The position numbers were made by a program, and so were the translations under genes. A DNA stretch of 64,000 nucleotides from Octopus bimaculoides (lineage: Eukaryota): the NCBI RefSeq assembly GCF_001194135.2, contig NC_069004.1, positions 1,143,761 through 1,207,760 of the forward strand. The letters run 5' to 3'. This document shows positions 12,626 through 25,252 of this stretch, in pieces (within the stretch, counting starts at the first letter, position 1; each line of letters starts with the position of its first letter). Under the pieces are notes generated by a model. That model had not been told where the DNA came from, made no database searches, and saw nothing but the letters and a program-made list of their open reading frames with translations.

Positions 12626-12700
<75 letters not shown>
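12610..12700. repeat. (TA)n microsatellite
   Basis: Long (TA) run; other large TA/CA/TG/GA tracts at 17480-17748, 21673-21718, 25668-25716, 36580-36660, 38320-38416, 40090-40400, 49880-50345, 55720-56000. Confidence 0.95.
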
Positions 12701-12703
<3 letters not shown>

Positions 12704-13389
12704 CACAACAGGCTTCTTACAGTTTCTGTTTATCAAATCTACTCACATGGCTTTGGTTGGCCTTGTGAGAAAGAAGCCTGTCTCACACACACACTTGACA
12801 ACTGGTGTTAGTTTGTTTATGTCCCCATAATTAAGCAGTTCAACAAAAGAGACGGACAGAATATGTATCAAACTTTAAAAATAAGTACCAGTTTGTTCAA
12901 TGACCGAAAGAAGTAAAAGGTAAAATAAACAATATAATTTGTGTGTGTGTGTGTGAACAAAAAATATAATTTGGGTGTGTGTCCTGAGTAAGACTTTAAA
13001 CTGCATGCAGTAGTGGGGCCCAGGTACAGGTGTTCCAGTGTTTTGAAGGGAGTGGAACCACTTCTTAGCCATCATTGTTCCTAGGTCTACTTTGACCCAG
13101 AGAAGTAGCATCTGTTAGGGTCTCAGCTATGGGTTAACCGGTATATGAACCACTGAGGGTGAAGGGCCCTTAGTTCTCTTCTTTCCAGGAGAAGGTAAAC
13201 TTGTATAAAAGAAAAAACAACAACCTTGAAGTGTCGTTGGTTTCTGGTCGCCTCAGCCTCTTTTGTGCCACCGGTTTTACAGCTGATTGCACTGCAGAAT
13301 GCATTCAGTGCTGTGCAACACTTTATCCACTGAAGACAAATTCACACCCAGGAACTTCTTGCAATCTCGGAACATTTCCATGGACTTAC

Positions 13390-13489
13390 TGAGTTTGGGA
13401 AGTGGTCTTGCTCAGTCACAAGTTCACTTCCACCATATTATATACTTGACTTAAATACCCACAAAGATCCACTCCTGTGAACTCCACTT
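13390..13489 (-). other. Exon-like segment, 100 nt, with stops in all frames
   Basis: Acceptor tttctttcaaaattttccag, donor CTCA|GTAAGT; phase-0 reading KWSSQEWIFVGI*. Confidence 0.25.
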
Positions 13490-13769
13490 CTGGAAAATTT
13501 TGAAAGAAATTACCCCAGAGTTCATTAGTAAAACCAAAATGAAAAAAATACATCTCAATGTTTATATATTTGTGAACACACAGAAGTACGCAGACAAACA
13601 CAGACACACATGTAAGTGATTTATCTATAAATATACACATGTTTATTTAAACCAGGTGTAAACACAAAATAAAACTAAGAGAACAAAGAAAGACAAGAGA
13701 TGGACTGGCTGACCCCGACACTATACACTACGGCTGACTAATAAAGTGGTGATCAAAGCAAGGTGTATA

Positions 13770-13804
<35 letters not shown>

Positions 13805-14794
13805 NNNNNNNNNNNNNNNNNNNNNNNNNNNNNNNNNNNNNNNNNNNNNNNNNNNNNNNNNNNNNNNNNNNNNNNNNNNNNNNNNNNNNNNNNNNNNNNN
13901 NNNNNNNNNNNNNNNNNNNNNNNNNNNNNNNNNNNNNNNNNNNNNNNNNNNNNNNNNNNNNNNNNNNNNNNNNNNNNNNNNNNNNNNNNNNNNNNNNNNN
14001 NNNNNNNNNNNNNNNNNNNNNNNNNNNNNNNNNNNNNNNNNNNNNNNNNNNNNNNNNNNNNNNNNNNNNNNNNNNNNNNNNNNNNNNNNNNNNNNNNNNN
14101 NNNNNNNNNNNNNNNNNNNNNNNNNNNNNNNNNNNNNNNNNNNNNNNNNNNNNNNNNNNNNNNNNNNNNNNNNNNNNNNNNNNNNNNNNNNNNNNNNNNN
14201 NNNNNNNNNNNNNNNNNNNNNNNNNNNNNNNNNNNNNNNNNNNNNNNNNNNNNNNNNNNNNNNNNNNNNNNNNNNNNNNNNNNNNNNNNNNNNNNNNNNN
14301 NNNNNNNNNNNNNNNNNNNNNNNNNNNNNNNNNNNNNNNNNNNNNNNNNNNNNNNNNNNNNNNNNNNNNNNNNNNNNNNNNNNNNNNNNNNNNNNNNNNN
14401 NNNNNNNNNNNNNNNNNNNNNNNNNNNNNNNNNNNNNNNNNNNNNNNNNNNNNNNNNNNNNNNNNNNNNNNNNNNNNNNNNNNNNNNNNNNNNNNNNNNN
14501 NNNNNNNNNNNNNNNNNNNNNNNNNNNNNNNNNNNNNNNNNNNNNNNNNNNNNNNNNNNNNNNNNNNNNNNNNNNNNNNNNNNNNNNNNNNNNNNNNNNN
14601 NNNNNNNNNNNNNNNNNNNNNNNNNNNNNNNNNNNNNNNNNNNNNNNNNNNNNNNNNNNNNNNNNNNNNNNNNNNNNNNNNNNNNNNNNNNNNNNNNNNN
14701 NNNNNNNNNNNNNNNNNNNNNNNNNNNNNNNNNNNNNNNNNNNNNNNNNNNNNNNNNNNNNNNNNNNNNNNNNNNNNNNNNNNNNNNNNNNNNN
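13805..14794. other. Assembly gap (N run)
   Basis: Other gaps: 27745-28125, 30340-30366, 33220-33759, 37287-37310, 47656-48400, 50231-50240, 62513-63400. Confidence 1.
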
Positions 14795-15546
14795 AAAAAA
14801 AAAAAAAAAAAAAAAAAAAAGAGAGTGCAAAGGTCTTGAAAGTCCCCTGGCATTCTCTCTTGAGAATTTGTATTCCAGCATTGATAGCGATCAGCTGAAA
14901 TACTTAAGAACTCTCTTAAGAACTTCAGAAGACTATCATCATCTTTGCTGGGTTTTGAAGGAACTGTCTTTGTTTGTTTGTTTGTTTTTTTCCCTCCCAT
15001 TGACAGCAGACATAGTTTGAACTCGAAGCAGATGCTGCAAGGTCTCTCTCATCTAACACAGTCCTACCATTCCATGCTCCTGGACTAGTTACTTTATTAA
15101 CCCTGAAAGAATAAAAAGGCTAAGTTAGCCTTGGCAGCATTTCAACTTTCAGTGCAGAAAGTTAAAACAAACACCACAAGGCTTCTCTATCTGATATTCA
15201 AATAATTCTGCCAAATAGTGTGTGTGTGTGTGTGTGAGAGAGCATGTGTGCAGCTTTTATAAAACATGCAGTTAAGTAGTTTTGTGAGTGTGTGTGTGTA
15301 TACATATATATATGTATGTATTGATTGATTGATTGAATAAAATGGCTGACAATTCTCATCCAGCATATTGTTTTCATATAATGGCACAAAAAAAATCTGG
15401 TTTTGTTTCAACAACTTCCAAACAAATATCAACTCAATGCATTTAATATAATGTGCTAATTTCTTCATATTATAAGACATTCTTTCTTAGTGAAATTTTG
15501 TAGATGGAAACTGTATGGAAGCCTGTCATATATATGTATATACAAG

Positions 15547-16036
15547 AGGTGAAGGTGTGGCTGAGTGGCAAGAAGTTTGCTTCCCAACCACATGGTTTTG
15601 GGTTCAGTCCCACTGTGTGGTACCGTGAGCAAGTGTCTTCTACATCCTTGGGTTGACCAAAGCCTTGTGAGTGGATTTGGTTGACAGAATCTATCTGTGT
15701 GTGTGTGTGTGTGTGTGTGTATGCGTTACGGTCTCTTTGTCTTGACATCATGCGAGTGTTGTAATTGAGTATCACTGTTATGGCAGCTGTGTCATTCCTT
15801 TCCAACCATTGACAACCATTGATTTAGTCTAACAATGCAACCCCAGCGCTTTTTAAATCTAGTACTTTTGTTGAACTGCTAAGTTACAGAGATGTAAACA
15901 AAACAACATTTGTTGCCAAGTGGTGGGACAAATACGAACTTGATATACAACAGGCTTCCATAGTTTCTGTCCGTCACACTGTGGGACTGAACCCAAAACC
16001 ACAGGGTTGCAAAGCAAGCCTCTTAACCACAAGCAG
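15547..16036. mobile_element. Inverted pair of family A SINE fragments (+ 15547-15690, - 15859-16036)
   Basis: ggttttgggttcagtcccactgtgtgg versus cacactgtgggactgaacccaaaacc. Confidence 0.75.
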
Positions 16037-16336
16037 ACATCATGCAATAGTTGTAAATGGGCAGTGCTCATTTCTAATCTGTAAAAACAGGTGTGGTCAT
16101 GTTTGGAAACAGGTGAAGGTTGGTGACAAGAAGAGCATCCAACTACGACCTCATCAAATTCTATCTGACTCATGCAAGTATGCGAAAGAGGATGTTACAA
16201 CTATGACGATGATGATGATGACAATATCTACACTATGTTTCGTTTGATTTTGTCTTTGATCAGCATCAATCAGGTGTCAAATCTATGGATGTGAACAAAG
16301 CACCGGAACGGCTTTTGAGCATGGAGCCTTTCTCAC

Positions 16337-16393
16337 GAGATGAAAGGCAGTAGTAGCACTTTTATCTACCATGCCACTGATGTTTGTACATCT
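16337..16393 (-). CDS. Candidate internal coding exon, phase 0-0, RCTNISGMVDKSATTAFHL
   Basis: Acceptor attaacattatttttag, donor CTC|GTGAGA, 57 nt open in phase 0 and compatible with the 26837 donor; no homology support. Confidence 0.25.
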
Positions 16394-16551
16394 CTAAAAA
16401 TAATGTTAATAGTCAGAGAACAATTATTGTTGTGTAGTGAAGCGTCCTTTGAAGAGGATGGGTTTAATGTCATCACCTGGGGTATGTGGGTGTTAGTAAA
16501 GAGGTGTGTGTGTCAGCCTTTATCTCTTTTAAGATAAAGGCATCAGTCACG

Positions 16552-16595
<44 letters not shown>

Positions 16596-16635
16596 TATTA
16601 TTACTACTATTATTACTACTACTACTACTACTACT

Positions 16636-17040
16636 TAGACAGTGAACTGGAAGAGTCGTTAGGGAGTTGGACAAAATGCTCGGAAGCATTTCTTCTAGCT
16701 TTACACCCTGAGTTCAAATTCTGCTGAGGTCAACTTTCATCCTTTCATGATCAATACATTAAGTACCAGTCAAATATTGGGGGCTGATGTAATCGACTTA
16801 CCACCCTGCCCTCCTCTTAAATTTCAAGCCTTGTGCCTATAGTACCAACAATTATTATTTTCCACCAAGGTCATCAAATTCTACCGAGGTCAGCTCTGCC
16901 TTTCATCCTTTCGGGGTCAATAAATTAAGTACCAGTTGCATACTGGGTTTGATCTAATCGACATCCCCTCCCCACAAAATGGCTGCCCTTGTGGCAAAAT
17001 TTGAAACCAATATTATTATTATTATTATTATTATTATTGG
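16636..17040 (+). mobile_element. Tandem family B SINEs embedded in (ATT/ACT)n
   Basis: gtgaactggaagagtcgttag...ctgagttcaaattc...aagtaccagt followed by a second partial copy from ~16865; (ATT)n on both sides. Confidence 0.75.
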
Positions 17041-17648
17041 TGGTAGTGGTATTAGTAGTCATAAAAATATGAATAAAAAATAAATAGAAAAAAAATGACA
17101 AAAAAAAAAAAAAGAAATCATAGCAGACATGTTTTTTTGAAAAACTAAAAATGCCAAGAATTGGCAGCTTCCCGTAGAATCTCAGAGAACAGGGTGTGAT
17201 TAATTTGTTGAGTCATACCTGTCTTTGTCTTGGGTGAATGTTAATACTCAGGCCGGCTAGTTAGCACAATTGCAGAAACAGGCAATCTGTCACTGAATTC
17301 CACATCACGTGTGTGTGTGTGTGTGTGTAAAACGAAATATCTTCCCTTTCTTTCATTTTCTTGTTGGAATTATATAAGCATGAGGCATAAGCAGAGGTCT
17401 CCTGTGTATGTAATCAGGTTCCTGTAAAACTATTTAAATGACAAGCGAGCATATAGCTTCTTCTTTCAAAAAAAAAAGGGGGAGGTGTATATATGTATGT
17501 GTGTGTACATGCGTGTGTGTGTGTATATAGATATATATATATATACACACATATAAGTATATAGACATTTGTGTATATAATATATATACATGTATATAGA
17601 TGTGTTATATATGTGTGTGTGTGTGTGTGTGGCATGTAACATGTGTAA

Positions 17649-17690
<42 letters not shown>

Positions 17691-17707
17691 AGTTTGTGCA
17701 TGAGTGT

Positions 17708-17749
<42 letters not shown>

Positions 17750-17995
17750 TTACTTGACGAGAGGAAACACTTAATTAACCAAGTGGGCCTAAATTTTCTT
17801 GAAGTTGTTTGTGAAAGTTGCTAAAGAAAGGAATGAGTTCAAATCAAATTTTTATATAAATGAATAACAGACTAATGAATTAAGTGCAAAAAAATAAAAA
17901 TAAATAAATAATTAAATTCCAAAATATCCAGTATTATTTTAACAAAGAATTAAGATTAAATTATTAATTAATATTTTATTTAAATTATATTCTTT

Positions 17996-18362
17996 TACTT
18001 CCCAACCACATGGTTCCGGGTTCAATCCCCCGGCATAGTATCTCTGGCAAGGTAAGTGGTTTCTACAATAGCCACAGACTGACCAAACTCTTGTGAGTGG
18101 ATCTGGAAGATGAAAACTGAAAGAAGCCTGTTGTGTGTGCGCGTGCGTGTGTTATTGTGTCTTTGTGTTTGTCACCTACCACTGCTTGACTACCAGTGTT
18201 GGTTTATTTATGTCCCTGCAACTTAGCAGTTCAGCAAAAGAGATCACTTGAATAAGTACCAAGCTTAAAAAGTAAGTATCAGGGTTGATCTGTTTTTGGC
18301 TAAACCCTTCAAGTAAGTGCTCCAGTATGGCCACAGTCCAATGAATGAAACAAGCACAAGAC
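17996..18362 (+). mobile_element. SINE family A copy
   Basis: cccaaccacatggttccgggttcaatccc ... ccagtatggccacagtccaatgaatgaaacaag. Confidence 0.8.
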
Positions 18363-18366
18363 AACT

Positions 18367-18432
18367 TCCTACTTAATCCTACTTAATCCTACTTAATCCT
18401 ACTTAATCCTACTTAATCCTACTTAATCCTAC
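18367..18432. repeat. Perfect 10-bp tandem array (TCCTACTTAA) x6.6
   Basis: Read directly; CAACTT on both flanks (18362-18367, 18433-18438). Confidence 0.95.
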
Positions 18433-18846
18433 CAACTTTACATAAAAACAAGTCAAGCTAAGCCATTCAACAAGTTACATTCAATAAAAAAAAAAGCCTA
18501 AAAAAAAAAAAACAGGAAATATTTTCCTTTTTTATTTATTTTTGAAATGCTTGGTGTTTTTGGTTTCTTTCTATTTTACTTATTTATTTATTTATTTATT
18601 TTTGTAGATTTGTGCTTCAATTAATTTTTGAAGTAATTATGAACTTGGAGGGAATTTAAACAAAATAACTAACTTTTTCAAGATTAAACTTCCTTAGACA
18701 AGTTCTTTGATATTATGTTGGGAATAAGAATTCAATTATGGTAGGGTCCTTGTACACATTTTAAACACACATACACTTATTTTATTATCCTTTTTTTGAC
18801 AATTATAATTACAGTACATTAATTCAAGTATAGTAGAGTTCTTACA

Positions 18847-19080
18847 GCCATTTTGGACAAACAGGCAGGAAGAAAGAAAGATGCCAAGGGCTGTGCCAAA
18901 CAACAACTCCTCATCAACAAAGCTGTCCTCAAGGAAGCCAAACAGCATCACTGGAACCTGTTGATTGCATTGCTGGACTATGAAAAGGCATTTGATTATG
19001 TTCCCCAACCATGGATATTACAGTCTTAAGCCTTACCAAGGTTCCAACTGCTATACTTAATGCCATTAACAGACTGATTA
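18847..19080 (+). mobile_element. Non-LTR retrotransposon RT fragment, R4/Dong-like (R2 group)
   Basis: AILDKQAGRKKDAKGCAKQQLLINKAVLKEAKQHHWNLLIALLDYEKAFDYVPQPWILQS*, matching the GC..QLLI.KA...K....NL..A..DY.KAFDSVPH.WI pattern. Confidence 0.75.
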
Positions 19081-21158
19081 CAAAGGTAGTACTAAGGGTC
19101 GATGAACATGTTAAGCTGACAGATCTTCATGGCTGGACGTAAACGTGCAGATGCATGTTTAAAACTGACCAACTGAGGCCTAACAAAAGCAACAACAACA
19201 ACAATTAACTGATTATTGTCAAGTTAACGAGGAATCTACTAATTAGGCACTTAACCTGCAAGAAATAGTAATCAAATATGTCTTGAAATCGTGCTCAGCC
19301 ATCTTGAAAAAAGAAATTTCTCTAATTACTACTAATAGCACCTTGCCATTAGTTGTAATTACACGTCCATGAAACGCATGCTATTGATACCATGGAAACC
19401 AGTCAAAAAGAAACAGGTATTTATGTTGAAATTTAAGAGATATCTCCTTGCTTCCCCAGCCTCCATACACGTGCACACACACAAGCACTGGCAAAAGTAA
19501 TTGAGGATCTTTAAGGAAAAAAAAAAAAATCAATAATTATTTATAAAATAGAGACAAGTCTAGCAAAACAGTATCCAGTTTTTCTTTACTGAAGTACTTT
19601 TATTCACTGAAGTAAGAATAGTTAAATGCCTTACCCAAGGGTATAAGGTATTGCCTGTGGCAAGATTTGAACCTCTCTCTCTCTCAGCTAAGTTGTTAAG
19701 TACCTTTAGTCAAGTGACAAAAGTATAAAGTAATAACGCTCTCATAGGAGACTGGCAACAGTATCCAGCCTTGCATGGGTTTATAAAAAGTATCAGGAAA
19801 AGGCACAGAGTGTATACTGTGTCCCTATGCAAAATTTGGGTTACTTAGGGGCAGAACTGTGGCCTGCATCTTGGAACAAGTGTAAATTCATTCATAATTA
19901 TATATTGGTGGTTAACAACAGATGAGGGTTCTGCAATTTCTTGCTGAATGACCTGCACAAATGATTTTATAGTGATCAAATGCTCATGCCACACATTAGC
20001 TCATTCTCTCCCTCAAATTGACATTACCTGTACAGTGTGTGTGCATATGTGTGTGTGTATGTATGTGTGTGTGTACACACATGCTTGTGTTTCCTCACCA
20101 CTACTACCAACTGACGACTGGTGTTGGTTTGTTTACATCCACATAACTTAGCAGTTGAGCAAAGAGAAAGATAAGTACCAGATTTAAAAAAACAAAAAGT
20201 TCAGGGGGTCCATTTTGTTCAACTAAACCCTTCAAGTTCGTGCCCCAGCATGGCCACAGTCCAAAGACTGAAACAAGAAAAAGATAAAAAACAAATATGG
20301 GATTAGAACATTTTCAGTGGTTAACGAGCTACACTGTGTTGGATTTACCTCTTCTACCTGCTGCTGCCGCTAAATTGTTTTAAGATTTAGATAACGAGGT
20401 TTTGGCCATACTGGAGCTGAACTGTGTTTCTATTTAGCCTGAATCTAATTTCACTGGCTGGTTCATTTCGTAGGTGTGACATCTGTCGATCACTCAGTTT
20501 GATATTCTGCATATCAGATGAGTGTGTGTATGTGTAAGTGTACAAGTGTGTATGTGCTTACATTCCACACTTGAGCAAAACAGTGGTGTTACATTGACAT
20601 CCCCAGTTAACAGATTGTCCTGAAAGTTTGCACTTTTGAAGAGAAGAGGAATAAACAAATCTCTTGAAAAACAGGCAAAAGTTTATTGACAGGAAGGACA
20701 TCCAGTTGCAAAATAATGCCCCACTTAATAAGTATTTGTCCAAACCATGTTAGCATGGGAAAATGGATCGATAAATGTGTACTCTGTAAAGGGATTGGCA
20801 TTAAGAAGGGCAGCATCCAGCTGTCGGAACCATGTATAGACTGACAGTAGAGCATCATGTAGTCCTCTGGCTTGCCAGCCCCTTATCATGCTGTCCAACC
20901 CATGCCAGCATGAAAAGCAAACATAAAAGAACAGGGGTGGTCGTCTCAGGTAGACTGATTTTGAAAGGGTTAGAACAAACACAATGGAAAGATAAATCAT
21001 AAGACCAGGATATATTTCTGTTGAAATACATTCCCTCTTTTTCAATGAATTCCAGAAATAATGAAAAATTTAGTAAAATATCTTTGTCATAATTAAGCTG
21101 GTACTTGAAATATAAATGAATAGATTTTGATAAAAGCTCTTAATTTAAATCACTTTAA

Positions 21159-21372
21159 CCGTTTTGTTAGATTTCTGTTGAAACACTCTGCCTTGGTTTC
21201 AACTAATTTTGGAAATTATTAAGAATTTAGTAAAATAGCTTTGTCATTATTAAGTTGGTGCTTGGAGCATAAATTAGTATGGAATTTTGACGAGAGTTTG
21301 TAATTTAGATAATTTTAAAACAGGAAGTTTGTATAAACCTACCTGGGTTCAGGTAGGTTAGTATTGGAAGGG
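21159..21372. mobile_element. piggyBac-like MITE flanked by TTAA
   Basis: TTAA at 21155-21158 and 21373-21376, ends CC.../...GGG; a partial tandem copy lies just upstream (~21020-21150). Confidence 0.5.
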
Positions 21373-21668
21373 TTAATCAGTGCAAGTTCACATTTCAAAA
21401 TATTTTATGTATTGTTTTTATTTTTTTTCTTGAAGGAGGAAATTTCCTTAAAAGAGGGTGACGCGTTAGTGAAATACTACAACAGAAAACTTTAAATAAA
21501 TGTTTCACTGTAATTGTCTAGCACTATTTTTACACAACAACAGCTGTGGCACAAAGAAAGAATCGAAATAACCGAAAGACTTGATTTTTATTGATTTTAA
21601 ACTGTCAAATGATTTTCTCATTGATTGCTGTTCCTACATTGAGACTTTCAGCCATTGAGTTATACTTG

Positions 21669-21721
<53 letters not shown>

Positions 21722-21981
21722 AATGATATCACTATCCTTGTCATCATTTAACATCCATTTTCCATGCTAGCATGGGTTGGACAGTTTGCCAGGAGCTGGT
21801 AAGGCCACAGACTACACCAGTCTCCACTGTGTTTCGGAATGGTTTCTATGGCTGGATGCCATTCCTAACATCAACCACTTTACAGAGTGGACTGGGTGCT
21901 CTTCATGTGGCGCCAACACTAGTATTTATTACACGATACCAGCACCAGCATGTGTATATATTGCGTTAGTTGTACCATTCG

Positions 21982-22295
21982 AATGGTGCAGGGGCCCACT
22001 TGCCATCGGGCAATTTGGCATGTGGGCCCTTGCAGCATTAGAATCCATATATGGGGGTCCGTGTTAGTATCTAAGGGGCCCATCCCCTCAAGTTTGAGAA
22101 TTCTTTCATTCACTCCTGAAAAAAATGCATTAATTATTTCAGTTTGGCTGTGTTTATAAACAGTTGAAAAAAATACTTTTAACAAAAAAAACAAAAACTA
22201 AATGATAGCATTGTAGTTGCCGGTGGGCCCCCTCGTAGTTGTGGGAGAGCCCCCTTAGTCTCCTGGCAACCAATGTTTTTAGACCCAGTCTGCCA
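21982..22295. mobile_element. GGGCCC-rich MITE-like element with internal hairpin
   Basis: tgcaggggcccacttgcca-N10-tggcatgtgggcccttgca at 21987-22034; further ggggcc/gggccc motifs to ~22250. Confidence 0.35.
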
Positions 22296-23251
22296 CTACA
22301 TGGATGTGTTTGTAACAATGTGTTGATGGTACTGAGATTGATTTCAATAAAATAACCACAAAACCTGAACACAATAAATACAACCTAATTAATAAACCAG
22401 CTGAAGGTCCTCTATGCTTTCACTTGACTAGCTAGAAACAACAGCACAATCTTCAGCGAATCATATCCTACCATCATATAAAAATAGAAAGGACACATTA
22501 AACAATGTAGTCTTTTGTATACAGTAAGATGGGAGGGTCATGATTGGATTGCTTCTGATCATAGTGTTTGCTCACTTAGGGCCAAGCTGGAACTGAATAC
22601 CAGCACTAATATATGTGTGTGTATTTGTGGGGACATGTGTTTGTATTTTGTATGCAAATGTGTGTGTGTGTGTGTAGATATCTGTAGATGTGTGTGTGTG
22701 TGTGTGTGTAGATATCTGTAGATGTGTGTGTATGTTCATCTGTGGGTTTGTGAGAAAGATATTTTCACAATTAGCTTTATTAGGATTGGTACCTTATCTA
22801 TGAATGAGTCTCTAGACACCAAAGAAAATAACCTTTCCCACATGATGCAGAATGCATGGCTGAGGGGTGAAGAAGTCTGCTTCCCAACTAAGTATTCTCA
22901 GGTTCAGTCCCACTGTGTAGTAGCTTGGGCCGATCAAAACCTTCAGAGTGGACTTGGTTAAACAGTAACTGAAAGAAGCTCATTGCATATATATATATGT
23001 GTTTGTGTGTGTGTTCTTGTTTTGACATCATGCGATAGTTGTAAAAGAGTGTCACTGTCTTACAAGTGGTGTCTGTTGCCAATCTGTCATGAAAGCAAGT
23101 CTAGTTGTGGAGGAAACACTACTTTGTTTGGAATCAAGTAAGGGTTGGTGACAGCAGAGGCACCTGACGGTAGAAAATCCACCTTAGTGAATTCTGTTTG
23201 ATCCACGTCAGCATCGAAAAAAGTGGACATTAAAATGATGACTCTCTTTCT

Positions 23252-23306
<55 letters not shown>

Positions 23307-24309
23307 GATGCGTTAACCTTTGTGTGGTAAACATGGAGATTACATATCTGAGCCATGGTTCCATTCAATTGGCCCTTCAGTCAACTCATGTGTCAGCTGT
23401 TGTGTATTCTAATTTAGGGCTGACCGAATAAACGGCTCTCTCTTGTCTTATATAAAGGCAGGACATGTGGATCTCTGTAGTCTTACATATACAAACACTA
23501 AATGGTCTTGACTGGAATAACTCTGATCATATGGCAAGGTCAATCAAAGCTGATACGGGGTCGTCATTGTTTAAACCACCCCTCACCAACAACAACTCCT
23601 GAGGGGACTGTTGCATGGTTGCTCAACCAATTAGAAATAGCAGCCAAATCTTTCTTAAATCAATCATACCTCACTATCTTAAATACAGGAGGGACAAATT
23701 ACACGATGTATTCCAAGATACAACAGCAAACCCATCCTGCCAAATCTTTGGAATTCTACAACATATAAACCTCCTAGAATGTAGTGACCTCAATTACAAC
23801 CCCTAATAATCAAAACTTCCTGCATTCTTCACCATTTATCTTACCACAGAGCTGTGCCCTTCTCCTTTAATGATCTTTGCAACTCAGACAGAACTTGCTC
23901 ACTGGATATTGATCCAACATAAACACACTCAAATCAACCTCCTGTAGATACATCAACTTTATCTTCCCATCAAGGCTCCAAGCTGTATCCCCTAATTTTT
24001 TTTCCTTACTCAGTTCTCTCTCTTTCCAGTGACTTCCCTCCCGATTCCTCTCCTTGACTAGGGTTTTCCTTTCAAAAACATCCAACTTAACCTGCAATAC
24101 TTTCAAGCTAAATTACTTACCCCCTGCAATTTCAGTTATTCCTAGCCCTACAGAAGGGCCTGATAATGTTGTGATTATTTTCCCCACTTTCTGAGAATGA
24201 ATGGGGAGGGGAGGGGCAATAAGGAAAAAAATACCTACCCCCTAATCCTGTCAATTAATTTTGACCGTAACCCTTAACCACTAGTTTGATGTAGTTGAGA
24301 CTAGTCAGC

Positions 24310-24790
24310 TGTTATCTATCAACTAAAACATTACATTATCTACCCGGTAGAACATGTAGTTGTTTTATCAGCTACCCTAGTATCTGCAGCAGTATTATCT
24401 ACCCCCTAGTACATGTAGTGGTATAGTCGACCCCTAGAACATGTCGCTGTATTATCTACAACTTAGTACATGTAGCTACATTATCTACCCCCTAGTACAT
24501 GGAGGTGTATTTTCTATCCCTTGTTACATGTGGCAGTATTATCTATTCCCAAGTACATGCTTTATCTACCTTTGAGCACAAGTAGCGGTATTAGCTATCC
24601 CCAGTGCATGTAGCTGTATTATGGACTCCCTTAGTACATGTAGTTATACTGTCTAACCCCAGTTCATGTAGCTATATTATGTACCCCTAATACATGTAGT
24701 AATATTCTCTATCCCATAGAACATGTTACATTGTCTACCCCCGGTATATGTAGTTGTATTATCCATGCTCTACTCCATGGTTGCATTTTC
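24310..24790. repeat. Degenerate 28-29-bp minisatellite, ~16 copies, consensus GTATTATCTACCCC(C)TAGTACATGTAGCT
   Basis: CATG cores recur about every 28-29 nt (e.g. ~24411, 24439, 24468, 24497, 24526, 24555). Confidence 0.85.
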
Positions 24791-25067
24791 TACCCCACCA
24801 CTGAACCTGTCATACCAAGTTTACCCACGATTGCATGATTGTACTATCTACATTCGATTCCACCTAGTTTACCCCCCAAACCACTAATACAAAGATGTAT
24901 TACCTACCTCTCTCCCTGTCCCCTCCCAACCTAGTCTATCCTTTAATGCACACATTTATTCACAATCTAATTTTTCAATCTAGCCCTTTAAATAAACAGT
25001 CTCCCCTACCTTCTCCTCTTGCTTCCCCCTAAATGTTTTCCTACCACGGGATCACAGATGCTGTATA

Positions 25068-25102
25068 TATAAAACATGCTTTTAAATTCTGTCGACCTCA
25101 GT
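25068..25102 (+). promoter_or_regulatory. Candidate core promoter: TATAAAA (25068-25074) plus Inr TCAGT (25098-25102)
   Basis: TATA starts 32 nt upstream of the Inr A at 25100; followed by ATGs and a GTGAGT donor. Confidence 0.45.
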
Positions 25103-25153
25103 GTTTAGTAGTTTTTCTTTTGCCGACAATCTCTGTCCAGCATCCAACACGTG

Positions 25154-25252
25154 ATGAGAAAGTCTACCATGACATCATCATCAGCGTCATCGCCACGCCA
25201 ACAAGGATTAAAGGAAAAAGAGACTCATTCGGATATGTTTGTCATGCTGTGT
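25154..25252 (+). CDS. Candidate first coding exon MRKSTMTSSSASSPRQQGLKEKETHSDMFVMLC, phase-0 donor
   Basis: In-frame ATGs at 25154 and 25169 (accATG), donor TGT|GTGAGT at 25253; an alternative acceptor ctctgtccag lies at 25140. Confidence 0.35.

Noticed and set aside
13189-13194. 6-nt plus-strand microexon GAGAAG
   Set aside because: Weak donor (GTAAAC) and no evidence of a plus-strand host transcript at this position
13721-15020. Long ORFs (386-424 aa) in the ORF track, also at 27568-28266, 33134-33769, 47498-48498 and 62449-63719
   Set aside because: They run through N gaps (poly-X) and are artefacts
24310-24790. Array looks CRISPR-like or like p53 response elements
   Set aside because: Units are adjacent with no unique spacers, the genome is eukaryotic and no cas genes are present; CATG cores mostly lack the RRR/YYY flanks of p53 half-sites
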